From an uncultured Planctomycetia bacterium (GTDB taxonomy: Bacteria; Omnitrophota; Gorgyraeia; 2-02-FULL-51-18): DNA of 64,000 nucleotides. Below, one piece after another: positions 47,633 to 55,971 of the stretch. The stretch lies in the NCBI GenBank assembly GCA_964642015.1, contig CAZXLF010000003.1, positions 164,204-228,203 on the forward strand, in the 5' to 3' direction. A program made the position numbers and the translations under genes. Under the pieces are notes generated by a model. It did not search any database. It was given only the letters and a program-made list of their open reading frames with translations, and had not been told where the DNA came from. Every line of letters begins with the position of its first letter. Within the stretch, counting starts at the first letter, position 1.

Positions 47633-49723
47633 TCAAACGTTCTGCTGGGAAACCAACGCTTTTATTTTTGGAAGCATCTTTATCGCCTCATCCTCACCGC
47701 GCTTAATAAACTGGTGTGGTTTAAAAAATTCCACCCAACTCGCTGTCGGGACCACGGGACGGATCAGCACATCCGACGACTCACCCTCGATCTCGGCTAT
47801 TTCCGCTTCCATCGACTGGATCGTATTCATTAGGATATCAAAAATATTCGGAAAAAATCCTCTTAAAATGAATTTTTTGATCCGAAAAAGAGTTCTCACA
47901 AAAAAATTCCTATTCTTTATCCTCATCGCTTCCTGTTCGAGCGCTTCTTCCCTAATGATCCTTTTTTCAAGCATATCCTTGGATGTGGGGAATACGTTCA
48001 CTGCGATGATCTTATTCGCGCCGGCCTGATGAAGCGCTTTGACCGGCAACGGATTTAAAATGCCTCCGTCCACGACAAGATCCCCCTTCACGAACACCGG
48101 TTGAAAAATGGCCGGTATTGCAATTGACATCCTCACCGCATCCGATATATATCCGGAATCGACGACCAAGGTCTGATGCGTAGAAAGATCCGCTCCGACC
48201 ACTTTGAACGGGATCCTGCAATCATCAAAGGTCTTATTGCCCAAATGTTTTTTAAGATGCTTGATGACCTTTTTACCGTGCAACAAGCCTTTGATAGGAA
48301 AAAAACTGATGTCGAGCAGACGAAAGAGTTTCGGAAACGTGTTGATTTCAACCGCGATCTGCTCAAGCTCATCACAGCTTTTCCCGATCGAATAAAGAGA
48401 GCCTATGAGTGCACCGATGCTCGATCCCGAAATAATATCGATGGGGATCTTTTCACGTTCAAGGACTTTTAAAACGCCTATATGGGCCAAGCCCAATGCG
48501 GCACCGCTGCCCAGCGCTATGCCGACAAGATTGTTGCTGATGCGCCTGGCAATATGGCGAATCACCCGTGCATGTTCGGATTCGGGATCTTCCACAACTA
48601 AAAGCATTGATGATCCGCTCTCTGCATCAAAATCTTTCAAGGCTGGAAGCGAGTAGCTCAATTTTTTCCCGAACATTTCACGGCGCACGCTCGTCGTCGT
48701 CCTCATACCAAAAACGACTTCGTGGATGATGATCGATAATTTATCATCAGGAAATGCCAGATTCATCTGAACGTTAGCCGCCACCTCTTTGATCTCGGTC
48801 ATATTATTGATGTTGCTATCCGTCACAAAAAAGATGAAATCCGATTGGGATAGCGATTTAAAAACAGCTTCGTCCAAATACCCTGGTAAATTCACAATAA
48901 TGAACCTGTAATCAATGGATAGATAATTCAAAAGAGATGTCACGATGAGCTCATCCTGGATATCTTTCTCATCATGGACAATGTTCAGGATATCAAATCC
49001 TGCCGAATGCGTGATAAGCAGGTTCTTCAATTCTCCTAAAAGATCAACTTCGATATTGCGGAATTGCGAAAGTGGGTATTTTTTAGCTTGATGGCGTTTG
49101 AATACACCCGACGAACCGGCAGAATCCATATCGATCAAAATAGTTTTTTGATGAGTCTCGTTGAAAAGACTTGCTGCGAGGTTGATCGAAAATTCCGTAT
49201 GGTCTTCCTTGTAATAATTGCTGAATATGGAGATCACGTCACTTTTCAGCAAGGATCTAGACCTGGATTCTTTGCCCGACAATCTTGAACTTAAACGGCG
49301 GCTGATCTCCAATGCGACCGTTGCGTTATGTTCCACCGTTTTTTTAAAATCTTCTTTTTTTAGTTCCAAAAGAAGCGAATCGGATAACGCGCGGACCGTC
49401 GTGGAATGGGTTTGATTGGTAAGGAGCGAGGTTTCGCCGAAATAATCCCCTCTTCTCAAATAAGCCAATACCTTCTTTTTTTCCAAGGACGAGACCGATG
49501 CCTCGAAACGACCTGAAACCACAACATAAAAACTCTCCGACTCGGTGCCTTCGCGGTAGACCAGTTCATCCTTCCGATATTCCACCAAACGCATCAGCTG
49601 GCTGATGGATTTCAATTCCCATTGGCTTAGACTCGAGAAAAGCTGACACAGAGAAAGAAGAGCGGCTTTATCGATTTTCTGAAAACGCGGATTTGCCTCA
49701 GAATTGTGGAAGGAATCCATCAA
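47633..49723 (-). CDS. Cyclic-nucleotide-binding domain + patatin-like phospholipase (NTE-family-like)
   Basis: N-terminal cNMP-binding fold (FGETSLL, RRLSSRL). C-terminal patatin with GSGAALG (GxGxxG), GSSIG (GxSxG) and a DGG-like DGGI motif. Stop lies 3 nt before the upstream PilZ gene. Confidence 0.8.
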   Translation of the reverse strand: MMDSFHNSEANPRFQKIDKAALLSLCQLFSSLSQWELKSISQLMRLVEYRKDELVYREGTESESFYVVVSGRFEASVSSLEKKKVLAYLRRGDYFGETSLLTNQTHSTTVRALSDSLLLELKKEDFKKTVEHNATVALEISRRLSSRLSGKESRSRSLLKSDVISIFSNYYKEDHTEFSINLAASLFNETHQKTILIDMDSAGSSGVFKRHQAKKYPLSQFRNIEVDLLGELKNLLITHSAGFDILNIVHDEKDIQDELIVTSLLNYLSIDYRFIIVNLPGYLDEAVFKSLSQSDFIFFVTDSNINNMTEIKEVAANVQMNLAFPDDKLSIIIHEVVFGMRTTTSVRREMFGKKLSYSLPALKDFDAESGSSMLLVVEDPESEHARVIRHIARRISNNLVGIALGSGAALGLAHIGVLKVLEREKIPIDIISGSSIGALIGSLYSIGKSCDELEQIAVEINTFPKLFRLLDISFFPIKGLLHGKKVIKHLKKHLGNKTFDDCRIPFKVVGADLSTHQTLVVDSGYISDAVRMSIAIPAIFQPVFVKGDLVVDGGILNPLPVKALHQAGANKIIAVNVFPTSKDMLEKRIIREEALEQEAMRIKNRNFFVRTLFRIKKFILRGFFPNIFDILMNTIQSMEAEIAEIEGESSDVLIRPVVPTASWVEFFKPHQFIKRGEDEAIKMLPKIKALVSQQNV

Positions 49724-49726
49724 GGA

Positions 49727-50092
49727 TCAAGTCTTCAAACGGTAGGCAATAAACTCGTTCAAAACTTTCTGATCTTTTGGCTTAATATCGGAGAAAAATA
49801 TAGCGATAAAAAATTTATCGCTGATCGCATCTTCTTCTTTTCTGACGACCACGCCTTTTGCTTTTACGATTTTTTCCTTGGAAGAAAAATTGACAACTAC
49901 CGGAACGGAGAAAGCAATGTCAAGTTGCGTCATCAACGGGATATCGCGATCCACAACACACATCACGCCATTACCGCTGATGTTAACGCTTTTGGCTTGG
50001 ATCTCATAACCCTGATGGCCAATAACAAAAGGAAGCTCTTCAAAAATACGAACAGAACGACGTTGTTCCAAGATCCTCTTTTTTAGACTCAT
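49727..50092 (-). CDS. PilZ-domain protein
   Basis: RxxxR (RRSVR) and NxSxxG (NISGNG) motifs. Confidence 0.65.
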   Translation of the reverse strand: MSLKKRILEQRRSVRIFEELPFVIGHQGYEIQAKSVNISGNGVMCVVDRDIPLMTQLDIAFSVPVVVNFSSKEKIVKAKGVVVRKEEDAISDKFFIAIFFSDIKPKDQKVLNEFIAYRLKT

Positions 50093-50131
50093 CAGACACC
50101 CTTTGTTATGTCCGAAAAGCGCTTTCGAACT

Positions 50132-50431
50132 TTAAGATGTCGCAGTTGTTGCGGTATTTGCATCCGCTGCGGGCGCTGCCGAAGCTTGTGCGGTAGCTGC
50201 TTGCGCTTCTTGGGCTTTTTTAATCTTTTCGGCTTCCTGCGCCGCGTAAAGTTTAAATGACTTCTTATTCGCAAAATACTTACCGTTTCTATAATACCAA
50301 TCTTTGCGGCGGATACGTTTATTTGTTTGGATACAATTCGTCGGCCGCGACTTCTTCTTTTTGGGCTTACGACCCGCTGACTCCGCAGGGGCTTGCGCCT
50401 TTTTATCGTCTTTAACAGCTTCTTCTGCCAT
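50132..50431 (-). CDS. Small basic protein with Ala/Thr-rich low-complexity tail
   Basis: A lysine-rich core (KDWYYRNGKYFANKKSFKLY) followed by AAPAADANTATTATS. Confidence 0.4.
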   Translation of the reverse strand: MAEEAVKDDKKAQAPAESAGRKPKKKKSRPTNCIQTNKRIRRKDWYYRNGKYFANKKSFKLYAAQEAEKIKKAQEAQAATAQASAAPAADANTATTATS

Positions 50432-50456
50432 TTTTACAACTCCATCCTCTTCAATG

Positions 50457-50867
50457 TTAATTTGAGACGTTGTTCAAAACGCCTTCTTTAAGATTTAACC
50501 GGTAGCCCAAAGTTTCATCAAAAAGACTGTCGAAAAATAAAACATCCTTGAAATCATCCAGACAATCTTCCTCCGTCTTGGAAAGGATGCCTTCCCGCAC
50601 CATATTAAACACAATCTTGCCGAAATCAAGACTATTTTTTATGCCCCAATACTGGAACACATTGGAGGACATCGGTCCAAACTGTTCTTCGGCTTCCTCC
50701 CGAATAGCCGCCAAAAGCTCAGCTCCTGCAATATGACGCGGCTCTTTCAAGGCCCTGAAAGCCCTGCCAAGGGCAGCTATCACAAACAAGTAAGCCTCCT
50801 CTTTGTAATGTTTATCCGTTTTCAAAATATTGCTCAAATGTTTAAAATAGTCGTTTAAATAGCCCAT
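50457..50867 (-). CDS. Hypothetical protein (136 aa)
   Basis: ORF within a tightly spaced operon. No family recognised. Confidence 0.4.
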   Translation of the reverse strand: MGYLNDYFKHLSNILKTDKHYKEEAYLFVIAALGRAFRALKEPRHIAGAELLAAIREEAEEQFGPMSSNVFQYWGIKNSLDFGKIVFNMVREGILSKTEEDCLDDFKDVLFFDSLFDETLGYRLNLKEGVLNNVSN

Positions 50868-50878
50868 GATTCTCGAAT

Positions 50879-51238
50879 TTATACATGTACTCTGCGGGCT
50901 GTCTTAAGCCATTCTTTGTAAACGTATTCCAAAACCCTGGTACGATCGGAACGGCTAATTTTTGTCAGCTTAATGCCGGCGTCTAAACCGTCTGCCCAAG
51001 CGATTTTGCCCGATGCAAATACCGGTAGATTATCGCCGGGAACACTCAAAGCGATCTGCACAGGCGTTCCAACCGAAACGTTCTGTTTTAATCCAAAACG
51101 AATGCCCTCACGGCTCAAATCTTTCACCAAAGCTTTTCCAAAAATAGGGTTCAAGGCAAGGGTCTTATATTCCACATCTAATGGCGCGTTAAAACGTAAA
51201 TATTTACGGCGTTCCGACATGATTTCCCCTTTTTTCAC
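50879..51238 (-). CDS. PilZ-domain protein
   Basis: RxxxR (RRKYLR) and DxSxxG (DLSREG) motifs. Confidence 0.65.
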   Translation of the reverse strand: MKKGEIMSERRKYLRFNAPLDVEYKTLALNPIFGKALVKDLSREGIRFGLKQNVSVGTPVQIALSVPGDNLPVFASGKIAWADGLDAGIKLTKISRSDRTRVLEYVYKEWLKTARRVHV

Positions 51239-51251
51239 AATAGACAGAGCT

Positions 51252-51446
51252 TTAATCGTTCTTGAAATAGCGAATAAGATCGCTTTTTAGAAATCGGTAA
51301 TTATCGCCGACTTTTCTTCCCGGTATTTTCTTTGACTTCACAAGCTTGTAAAGCGTCTGGCGACTGATACTTAAAAATTGACACGCATCTTCCGTGGTCA
51401 ACGCCTTATCTTCACTCTTTTCATCTAGTAAATTGTTTCTATTCAT
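51252..51446 (-). CDS. Excisionase-family helix-turn-helix DNA-binding protein
   Basis: Matches the excisionase/MerR-type HTH pattern (ACQFLSISRQTLYKLVKSKKIPGRKVG). First gene of the operon. A TTGACA/TTAAAT promoter sits at 51487-51515 on the minus strand, with an AGGAG RBS. Confidence 0.6.
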   Translation of the reverse strand: MNRNNLLDEKSEDKALTTEDACQFLSISRQTLYKLVKSKKIPGRKVGDNYRFLKSDLIRYFKND

Positions 51447-51590
51447 TGCTCATCTCCTTCCCGGTTTCTCCGAGCGAAAGGAAGGCTATTTAACCAAAGT
51501 GGTATATTTTTGTCAAGTAAATATTAAATGAGTTAATATGAGTTAATCTAGTTATTAAATCTAAGTGAAAACTAACTAGTTTGAACGCTG

Positions 51591-51635
51591 CAAAGAAAAA
51601 TAAAAAACCCCAAAAGAACATTTCTATCTTTTGGG
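51591..51635 (-). terminator. Rho-independent terminator of the 51663..51989 gene
   Basis: A 10-bp stem (CCCCAAAAGA/TCTTTTGGGG) is followed on the minus strand by a long U-run. Confidence 0.55.
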
Positions 51636-51662
51636 GAAATTTTTCCTAAGACCGTTTACTTA

Positions 51663-51989
51663 TCAGAAAACGTATTCAGGTTCCAATATGGGCTTATAAT
51701 CTTCTGGTAATGGGAATGGGAAGGTTGCGATCTCATAAATACCAGCACCTGTCCTAACAATGGTCATTCCGGCACCTTTTGCCAGGCCTAGAGTCATGCC
51801 AGCCAGCGCGTTCTCATCCACACTTGTCTTATAAATATTTTTCGGAAGCTCAACCCAGCCCGTCAACGTATTCGCTACACCGCGGCCAAGCTTCGTAAAA
51901 GGATCCTGCGCAAAACACACCGTGGCAATCGTTAATAAGAACATACCGGCAATCCCGGCTGAAAATCCTTTGACTAATATTTTATTCAT
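51663..51989 (-). CDS. Small secreted protein (paralog of 32313..32657)
   Basis: Signal peptide and shared motifs with the 114-aa protein at 32313..32657. Confidence 0.5.
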   Translation of the reverse strand: MNKILVKGFSAGIAGMFLLTIATVCFAQDPFTKLGRGVANTLTGWVELPKNIYKTSVDENALAGMTLGLAKGAGMTIVRTGAGIYEIATFPFPLPEDYKPILEPEYVF

Positions 51990-52169
51990 TCAACTGCTCC
52001 TCTTACCGGCTCTTCTAAAATGTATGGATAAATGCTTAATTGCAACCCTAAGTTAAAGACAGAGTTATATTAATAAAAAGAGCTCTTATTGTCAATACGT
52101 ATTTACCAAAAAGAACCTTTACAATCAAAAATAGGCTTGATAAAATCCTGCAAGAGGTGCTCTCTGAAT

Positions 52170-52985
52170 ATGTATGAGTCGTTTTATGCGCTAAAACAGA
52201 AACCTTTTGCCATTGCGACCAACCCTTCTTTTTTGTATTTCAGTCAAAGACATCGCGAAGCGCTATCTTATCTGACCTATGGGATCAAGGAAAGGGTCGG
52301 TTTTATTGAAATTACCGGTGAGGTTGGCGCGGGAAAAACAACCACCTGCCGGGCACTTCTGAACCAATTAGACGAAAAAACTAAAACAGCTTTTATTTTT
52401 AATTCCAACCTGACAGAATTACAGCTGATGCAGACAATCATAGAAGATTTTGGGATAAAAACCGATAAAAAAAATAGAAGTGGTCTTTTTCACGAATTGA
52501 ACCAATTTCTCATCGATCAGCTGGCCCAAAACAACAATGTCGTCCTGATCATTGATGAAGCCCAAAATCTGAGTCTGCAGTTGCTTGAACAAATACGGAT
52601 GCTCTCGAACTTAGAAGCAGAGAATGAAAAATTGATACAGATCGTTTTGGTCGGTCAGCCGGAACTTAGAGAAAAATTAAGATCACCTTCGTTGAAGCAA
52701 TTAAGGCAACGTATCGCGGTGCGCTATCACATAGATGCCTTGACTCAGGAAGAAGTGCCTCACTACATCTCGCACCGACTTCAAATGGCCGGTGCGACGA
52801 ACGGTTCTTCCCCTGCTTTTGATGAAAAGGCTGTCAAAGAAATATACAAATATTCCGGAGGCATTCCGCGCCTGATCAATATTGTCTGCGATAAAGCGCT
52901 TTTATTAGGTTATGTTCTCGAAAAAAGATTCATAAACTCGGAGATCATCAAACGTTCTATCAACGAAATTGAAGGAGGCTTATAA
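52170..52985 (+). CDS. ExeA/GspA-like AAA ATPase (type II secretion/pilus-associated)
   Basis: MYESFYALKQKPF N-terminus typical of ExeA, Walker A GEVGAGKTT, Walker B LIIDEAQNL. The start is placed at the ATG at 52170. Confidence 0.7.
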   Translation: MYESFYALKQKPFAIATNPSFLYFSQRHREALSYLTYGIKERVGFIEITGEVGAGKTTTCRALLNQLDEKTKTAFIFNSNLTELQLMQTIIEDFGIKTDKKNRSGLFHELNQFLIDQLAQNNNVVLIIDEAQNLSLQLLEQIRMLSNLEAENEKLIQIVLVGQPELREKLRSPSLKQLRQRIAVRYHIDALTQEEVPHYISHRLQMAGATNGSSPAFDEKAVKEIYKYSGGIPRLINIVCDKALLLGYVLEKRFINSEIIKRSINEIEGGL

Positions 52986-52987
52986 AC

Positions 52988-53569
52988 ATGAGTATTATCA
53001 ATGAGGCTTTAAAAAAAGCCGTGCGCGAAAAAGAAGAAAACTTTTCTTTAGAAGATAGGGAGATGGTGCGCCGCAACATAGAACTGGAATTTCAAAAAAA
53101 GAGATCAAAGTTCAATTGGGGACCGGTGTTCATTTTGTTGGTTTTAGTGCTGATCACAGGACCTATTGTAGCTCCGATATTTTCAACCCCGATAAAGAAT
53201 TCAACAAATATCGCGAGTGCATCCGAACATTCGGCAACTCAAAATATTCCCGCATCCACAGCAACGACGGAAGTTGCTTCTGCCCCATCTTCCGGGATCA
53301 ATGCAAATCGAAAAGCGCAGTTCGCCGTAGAAGAAGCCCCTCTAACGAACGCCATCGCAACGCCCACGATCATATCAAGAACTCCGGACCTTACCTTAAG
53401 CGGCATTGTCTATTCTGCCAAACAGTCTTCGTATTGCATTATCAACAACCAAATTGTCAAGGTCGGCGATAGCATTCAAGGAGCAAAGCTTATTAGCGTC
53501 TCGCAGGATTCTGCAAAACTCAATTACGAAGGGAAGGAAATTTCTCTAAATACGGGAAGCGGTTACTGA
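52988..53569 (+). CDS. GspB-like protein (TM anchor, S/T-rich linker, C-terminal T2SS-B-like domain)
   Basis: Immediately downstream of the ExeA-like gene. C-terminal LSGIVYSAKQSSYCIINNQIVKVGDSIQGAKLISV resembles the GspB C-domain. Confidence 0.45.
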   Translation: MSIINEALKKAVREKEENFSLEDREMVRRNIELEFQKKRSKFNWGPVFILLVLVLITGPIVAPIFSTPIKNSTNIASASEHSATQNIPASTATTEVASAPSSGINANRKAQFAVEEAPLTNAIATPTIISRTPDLTLSGIVYSAKQSSYCIINNQIVKVGDSIQGAKLISVSQDSAKLNYEGKEISLNTGSGY

Positions 53570-53585
53570 TCTCAGGAGTGCTTTT

Positions 53586-54695
53586 CTAACCTTTTCTTTT
53601 TTCCAAAGACTCTTTGATCGCCAATAGAGGTACGTTCTCTACAACACACGTTTTACCCAAAGAAACCGGCAGCACAAAACGGTTGATCCCAGAAACCGAT
53701 TTTTTATCGTATCCGATCGATTTAAGCAAAGCATCCGTGTTTATATTCTTATAAAAGATCGGCAGTTTAAATTTTATAAGCATTTTTTCGATCCGCACGG
53801 GCAGGTCCTTATCTTTTAAATAACCCAACTTTAAAGATATATCACAGGCTGCCAACATTCCGATGCCGACCGCCTCCCCGTGAGTGTAGCTTCTAGAAAA
53901 ACGTGAGGCCGCTTCAATGCCATGTCCTATCGTGTGTCCGAAATTAAGCGCTATCCGGACATCTTTTTTATCCAATTCGTCTTTTGCAACGACCCTGGCC
54001 TTAATTTTTGCGCAACAAAAGATCACGTTTTCCAATAAGCGCGGATTTGACTGGATCGCCTCTTTGCCCTGCTTTTCCAAAAGCAAGAACAATGAAGAGT
54101 CTTTAATTACACCGTATTTGATCACTTCGGCAAAACCATCGCTCCAGTGCCGTTCGGGCAAACTTCCTAAAAGCGACAAATCGCTTAGAACCATGATTGG
54201 CTGATAAATTGAGCCCAAAAGGTTCTTTCCTTCGGGCAGATCAATGGCTGTTTTTCCGCCTATCGCTGAGTCGACCTGTGCGGTCAGCGTCGTTGGGATC
54301 TGAATGTATGGAACACCTCTTTTATAAACTGATGAAGCAAAACCGGTCAGATCACCAATAACCCCTCCGCCCAAAGCGACCATTAAAAGTGACTTGTTTT
54401 TTCCGCTGGACGCTGCCATTTGCCGGATCAATTTCCAAAAAACATTTTGCGATTTAACAGCTTCGGAACTTTTGGAATAAGGCGTGATAAAAAATATCGG
54501 TTCTATTCCATCCTTGGCTAAAGATTCTTTGATCTGCGCTCCGTAAAAGACGGCTATCTCTTTTTGAGTTACGATCAAAACTTGCCGCGAATCGAGCCGC
54601 TGTTCTCTGATAAACCGCCCAAAACGAGGCAAAAGATCCTGCCCTATATATATCGGGTAAGATCTCTCGTTCAAAGAAACGCGAATGGATTTCAC
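53586..54695 (-). CDS. aroB: 3-dehydroquinate synthase
   Basis: GGGVIGDLTGFAS NAD-binding block and the metal-binding His residues (HTIGHGIE). Confidence 0.9.
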   Translation of the reverse strand: MKSIRVSLNERSYPIYIGQDLLPRFGRFIREQRLDSRQVLIVTQKEIAVFYGAQIKESLAKDGIEPIFFITPYSKSSEAVKSQNVFWKLIRQMAASSGKNKSLLMVALGGGVIGDLTGFASSVYKRGVPYIQIPTTLTAQVDSAIGGKTAIDLPEGKNLLGSIYQPIMVLSDLSLLGSLPERHWSDGFAEVIKYGVIKDSSLFLLLEKQGKEAIQSNPRLLENVIFCCAKIKARVVAKDELDKKDVRIALNFGHTIGHGIEAASRFSRSYTHGEAVGIGMLAACDISLKLGYLKDKDLPVRIEKMLIKFKLPIFYKNINTDALLKSIGYDKKSVSGINRFVLPVSLGKTCVVENVPLLAIKESLEKRKG

Positions 54696-55021
54696 TAACT
54701 GACCGGGCTCCCCGGAGGGATTTCCTTATCTAAAGTAACTATCGAAAGTGTGGGGCCGTCCTTGGCGGCCAGCAGCATTCCCCGTGATTCGGTACCGCGT
54801 ATCACGACTGGTGCCAGATTATTTACGACAACAATACATTTTCCGACGATCGCTTCTTTGCTGTAAAACAGCTTGATTCCTGCCACGATCTGCTTTTTCT
54901 CGGTCCCCACATCGATTGTAAGTTTCCAAAGCTTATCAGCACCGGGGATCTCTTCGGCTTCCAAGACCTTGGCTACGCGGAGCTCTGCTTTCTTGAATTC
55001 CTCAAGCGGAATCTCGCTCAT
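54695..55021 (-). CDS. csaA: tRNA-binding domain protein (CsaA/EMAP-like)
   Basis: OB-fold tRNA-binding signature LRVAKVLEAEEIPGADKLWKLTIDVG. Confidence 0.8.
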   Translation of the reverse strand: MSEIPLEEFKKAELRVAKVLEAEEIPGADKLWKLTIDVGTEKKQIVAGIKLFYSKEAIVGKCIVVVNNLAPVVIRGTESRGMLLAAKDGPTLSIVTLDKEIPPGSPVS

Positions 55022-55284
55022 TTCTTCTCGCTTTTAGAACCTTCGGCTGGAGCGGCGGCTTTGCCTGGAGTTGCCGCAGTGGCCGCACCATCGGCAGCCG
55101 GGGCAGCGGCTTTTTCTTTCTTTACTTTCAGTTTTTGCATCTTCACCTTCGGAATTCCTAAAGCGGATTTTTCCTCGTCCCACAAATTCTTTTCCTTAAG
55201 CACTTTCAAACGTTCATAACGTTTCAACACGGAGCGATGCTTCTTATCCTTACCTCCGCTGCGTAAACTTGAATGGATCGACAT
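55018..55284 (-). CDS. Small basic protein with Ala/Pro/Thr-rich tail
   Basis: K/R-rich N-part followed by AAAPAADGAATAATPGKAAAP, a tail similar to that of the 50132..50431 protein. Confidence 0.4.
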   Translation of the reverse strand: MSIHSSLRSGGKDKKHRSVLKRYERLKVLKEKNLWDEEKSALGIPKVKMQKLKVKKEKAAAPAADGAATAATPGKAAAPAEGSKSEKK

Positions 55285-55300
55285 AAATACCTCCCTTTTA

Positions 55301-55894
55301 TTATTCTTTTTGCGGACGCCTTCTTAAAAAGCATCCCTTGTATTTGATGTTGAGAGTTTTAAGATCTTTTTTTGCTGCATCCTTTGATATATATTGTCCC
55401 ACGCACACAATATAATAATCTCCACTCTCAATGATCGCGGAATAATACCCGCTACGTCTCAGCGCAACTGCCTCTTTCTCGGCCAGATCCTGCTTCTTAT
55501 AAGTAGAAACTTGAATCGTGTACGGCTTGTTATTGTTTTGGATTTGATCGGTTCTCTGAGGCTTAAGCGCTTGCGCCGCAGGTTTAATCGATGCTGGAAT
55601 CGGCGAAGCCGCTACCCTGGGTGGCACGACCGCTGCGGGCTGGACCGTTTTTAATATCGGCCGCACATAAGCGCTTTTGCTTAGCAATTTTCCCCGCAAA
55701 ACCCCTAAAAAGAACATCAAACACGCTGTTAATATCAAAACGATGCAAACAAGGATGATCTGCTCTATCGTCGTGCTGATCAGGATTGGCTTGTAAGATT
55801 TAGCCAGCGCAGGAAAACGCTCAGGTTTTTTACTTTTTCCTTCAAACGACGGAAAAAGCTCCTGTTGCTTTTCTTCCTGCTGAATTTCTGTCAT
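55301..55894 (-). CDS. SPOR-domain (peptidoglycan-binding) membrane protein
   Basis: TM helix plus a C-terminal SPOR fold (YTIQVSTYKKQDLAEKEAVALRRSGYYSAII ... YIVCVGQY). Confidence 0.7.
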   Translation of the reverse strand: MTEIQQEEKQQELFPSFEGKSKKPERFPALAKSYKPILISTTIEQIILVCIVLILTACLMFFLGVLRGKLLSKSAYVRPILKTVQPAAVVPPRVAASPIPASIKPAAQALKPQRTDQIQNNNKPYTIQVSTYKKQDLAEKEAVALRRSGYYSAIIESGDYYIVCVGQYISKDAAKKDLKTLNIKYKGCFLRRRPQKE

Positions 55895-55971
55895 AAAATC
55901 GAGAAGCCTTTCCTTCTGCTCATGTTAAGCGCGGCTAGTATAACAAGACGGGCGGGACGCAGCAACGAAAA

